Of a stretch of DNA of 64,000 nt, positions 63,401-64,000 are shown in pieces. Position numbers and translations under genes: made by a program. The DNA lies in the IMG/VR virus record IMGVR_UViG_3300005573_000085, one strand, 5' to 3'. Positions within the stretch are counted from its first letter, which is position 1; every line of letters begins with the position of its first letter. The notes beneath the pieces are model-generated. The model had not been told where the DNA came from and did no database searches. It saw nothing but the letters and a program-made list of their open reading frames with translations. The stretch is from a virus.

Positions 63401-64000
63401 CACTAAACGCTGCGGAATCGGGAAGAGCGAGAGACGAGTTGGCGGAGGTCGCATCGATTCCGGCTATCGAATCATATACCGAGGCTAGAATTCCCGGAAT
63501 TATGACTGTATCCTGAACATTTGCATAATCGGACACTGTCTTCGGACCGGGTATCGTGGTGACATCGGTTGCGGAGATGAAATCGTAAAAGTCGGAGAAG
63601 GCGTTTATCGAACCCTGAGCGTCAAGAGCGGAGGAGAAGTCGATTACCCGAGTATTCGTAATTGAAAACAGCGCGTCAAGGACGGATATGTAATCCTGAT
63701 TTGCCGTGGCGGCCGAAGCGGACAAGGCGTCCAAGGAACTCAGGCTGTCGAATACGTAGGAATAGACAGCCCCGTTTATGAAGTCCGAAGACGCGAACGA
63801 ATCGAATACCGAAGCGTTTGCCGCCCCCTGCGCATAGTCATAAAACACGGAGAAATCAGTGGTGCCTGCGCCACCGCTCCCGGTGGATGCGTCCAATACA
63901 GCGGTATTATCTGCGGTGTTGGATGAGACGCTTCCAGTAAGGGAATTAGCGGAGGTGAGAAAATCCGAGGTTGCACCGCTTCCTTTTGGTATCGTACTAT
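60477..64000 (-). CDS. very long Ser/Asp/Ala-rich repetitive protein, probable virion fibre or surface protein (5' end outside the window)
   Basis: Frame has no stop from 60477 to the window edge (more than 1170 aa); 18-aa D-periodic repeats and four longer YDFISA..IPG.K..DY.NVQDTV modules. Confidence 0.8.
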   Translation of the reverse strand, partial: STIPKGSGATSDFLTSANSLTGSVSSNTADNTAVLDASTGSGGAGTTDFSVFYDYAQGAANASVFDSFASSDFINGAVYSYVFDSLSSLDALSASAATANQDYISVLDALFSITNTRVIDFSSALDAQGSINAFSDFYDFISATDVTTIPGPKTVSDYANVQDTVIIPGILASVYDSIAGIDATSANSSLALPDSAAFSDALASYSTSALPDMALGADILTSSSTTNLADFILGGDVLASNSVTNTADLVSGIDTSTSYSALSVSDLALGLDILTSYSRTGLSDLVLGGDILTSYSRTGLSDLVLGGDILTSYSRTGLSDLVLGGDTLTSNSMINILDTALGGDMYSIAVQPLLSDSIFVTDAIQSVPVLSGLYDFISASDFTTIPGAKILYDYGNVQDTVITLGVLTSIYDSVTGVDVSSASATTAFSDSALFNDILNSSPAPVMSDLASGVDALTSNSMATASDATLGADILASNSGTNISDLISGADILASYSAAGVLDLTSGVDILSSNSMAGVSDLALGADISTSYSVTNTSDLAIGADIYSVALQSLPSDSVSATDAVQSAPIVSELYDFISASDFTLIPGAKILYDYGNVQDTVSTLGILASIYDSITGTDVSSANSSLAIPDSVTFSDILTSYSMTDASDFALGNDIYSVAAQSLSLDSASVLDITQSALVISELYDFISAIDLTAIPGSKILYDYGNVQDTVITMGILTGVGDSASASDAPEASSSNSIQDSLLAYDFSQASGFFTGLDLSIASDQSVASLPVIGVIDPVAGSDAIQLSLAQGLVADSSSFSDGVSSAITAIALDPITVFDTLLPNPVLIAETDSIMASDSVANPANYILADFGLVSDKINLIGVLASAFDSSAISDSTSPMGISSSIADAIAGVDSGEAASSNFLSDSAQSSDGAVSQGFSGVYDYASFMDVALSVIQSLIINDFSGLSDRVGFPPQYVLIDGAAVRENAQVIGLVLAINDVSYLSDGVTSYTVASAPDDVVHISDLDTEVTLPVFTDYSSISESEVITNFAYASGFVNTGMTVRAPIYGQLTSHLIIAIPGKPYTAPDYSGFRLDISLGPILTATDPYGKSRIAEGAIVDVMPKGTDMSGIAVGNGIVTAVVGNTGKVTLRVPFGPKYRWTYRIYYPKGTMDPDKPVITVNDLPLDEGEYEV
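63020..63179 (-). repeat. 54-bp tandem repeat x3 (SDLVLGGDILTSYSRTGL)
   Basis: Near-exact copies at 63020, 63074 and 63128. Confidence 0.95.

Noticed and set aside
1-64000. Stop-codon reassignment
   Set aside because: Genes pack densely in the standard code and TAA, TAG and TGA all terminate well-supported genes; the single internal TAA in the Sel1 copy is better explained as a nonsense mutation.

Overview
Fragment of a large double-stranded DNA bacteriophage genome (likely >100 kb), read in the standard genetic code. Positions 1-51.5 kb are almost all on the + strand and 51.5-64 kb on the - strand, meeting at a terminator near 51.5 kb. Core content is replication, recombination and nucleotide metabolism: family-A DNA polymerase, DnaB-type helicase with an intein, TOPRIM primase, SSB, RecA, ATP-dependent ligase, RecU and Hjc-like resolvases, Cas4-like nuclease, RNase H, Pnk, UDG, class II ribonucleotide reductase and 5'(3')-deoxyribonucleotidase. 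It also has two sigma-like factors, a MoxR/VWA pair, six dispersed glycosyltransferases, an AT-rich methylase + DUF262-HNH cassette and the start of a virion-structural region. The most unusual elements are: (1) an 80-nt tmRNA-like tRNA-like domain with the alanine identity G3:U70/A73 but no anticodon and no tag ORF; (2) a 12-Cys DnaJ-type zinc finger inserted in the polymerase thumb at the position of the T7 thioredoxin-binding domain; (3) a tandem array of five nuclease-less ASCH/PUA paralogs close behind a stand-alone Mrr N-terminal domain; (4) a second array of five acidic paralogs of unknown fold, the last fused to DUF1599; (5) a Pro1 intein with block-F Cys but without the full class-3 WCT signature; (6) a Cpn20-like tandem GroES; (7) apparently dead radical-SAM and UDG pseudo-enzymes. 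Family assignments come from motif recognition by eye; no database search was run. Host is not determinable from this window.
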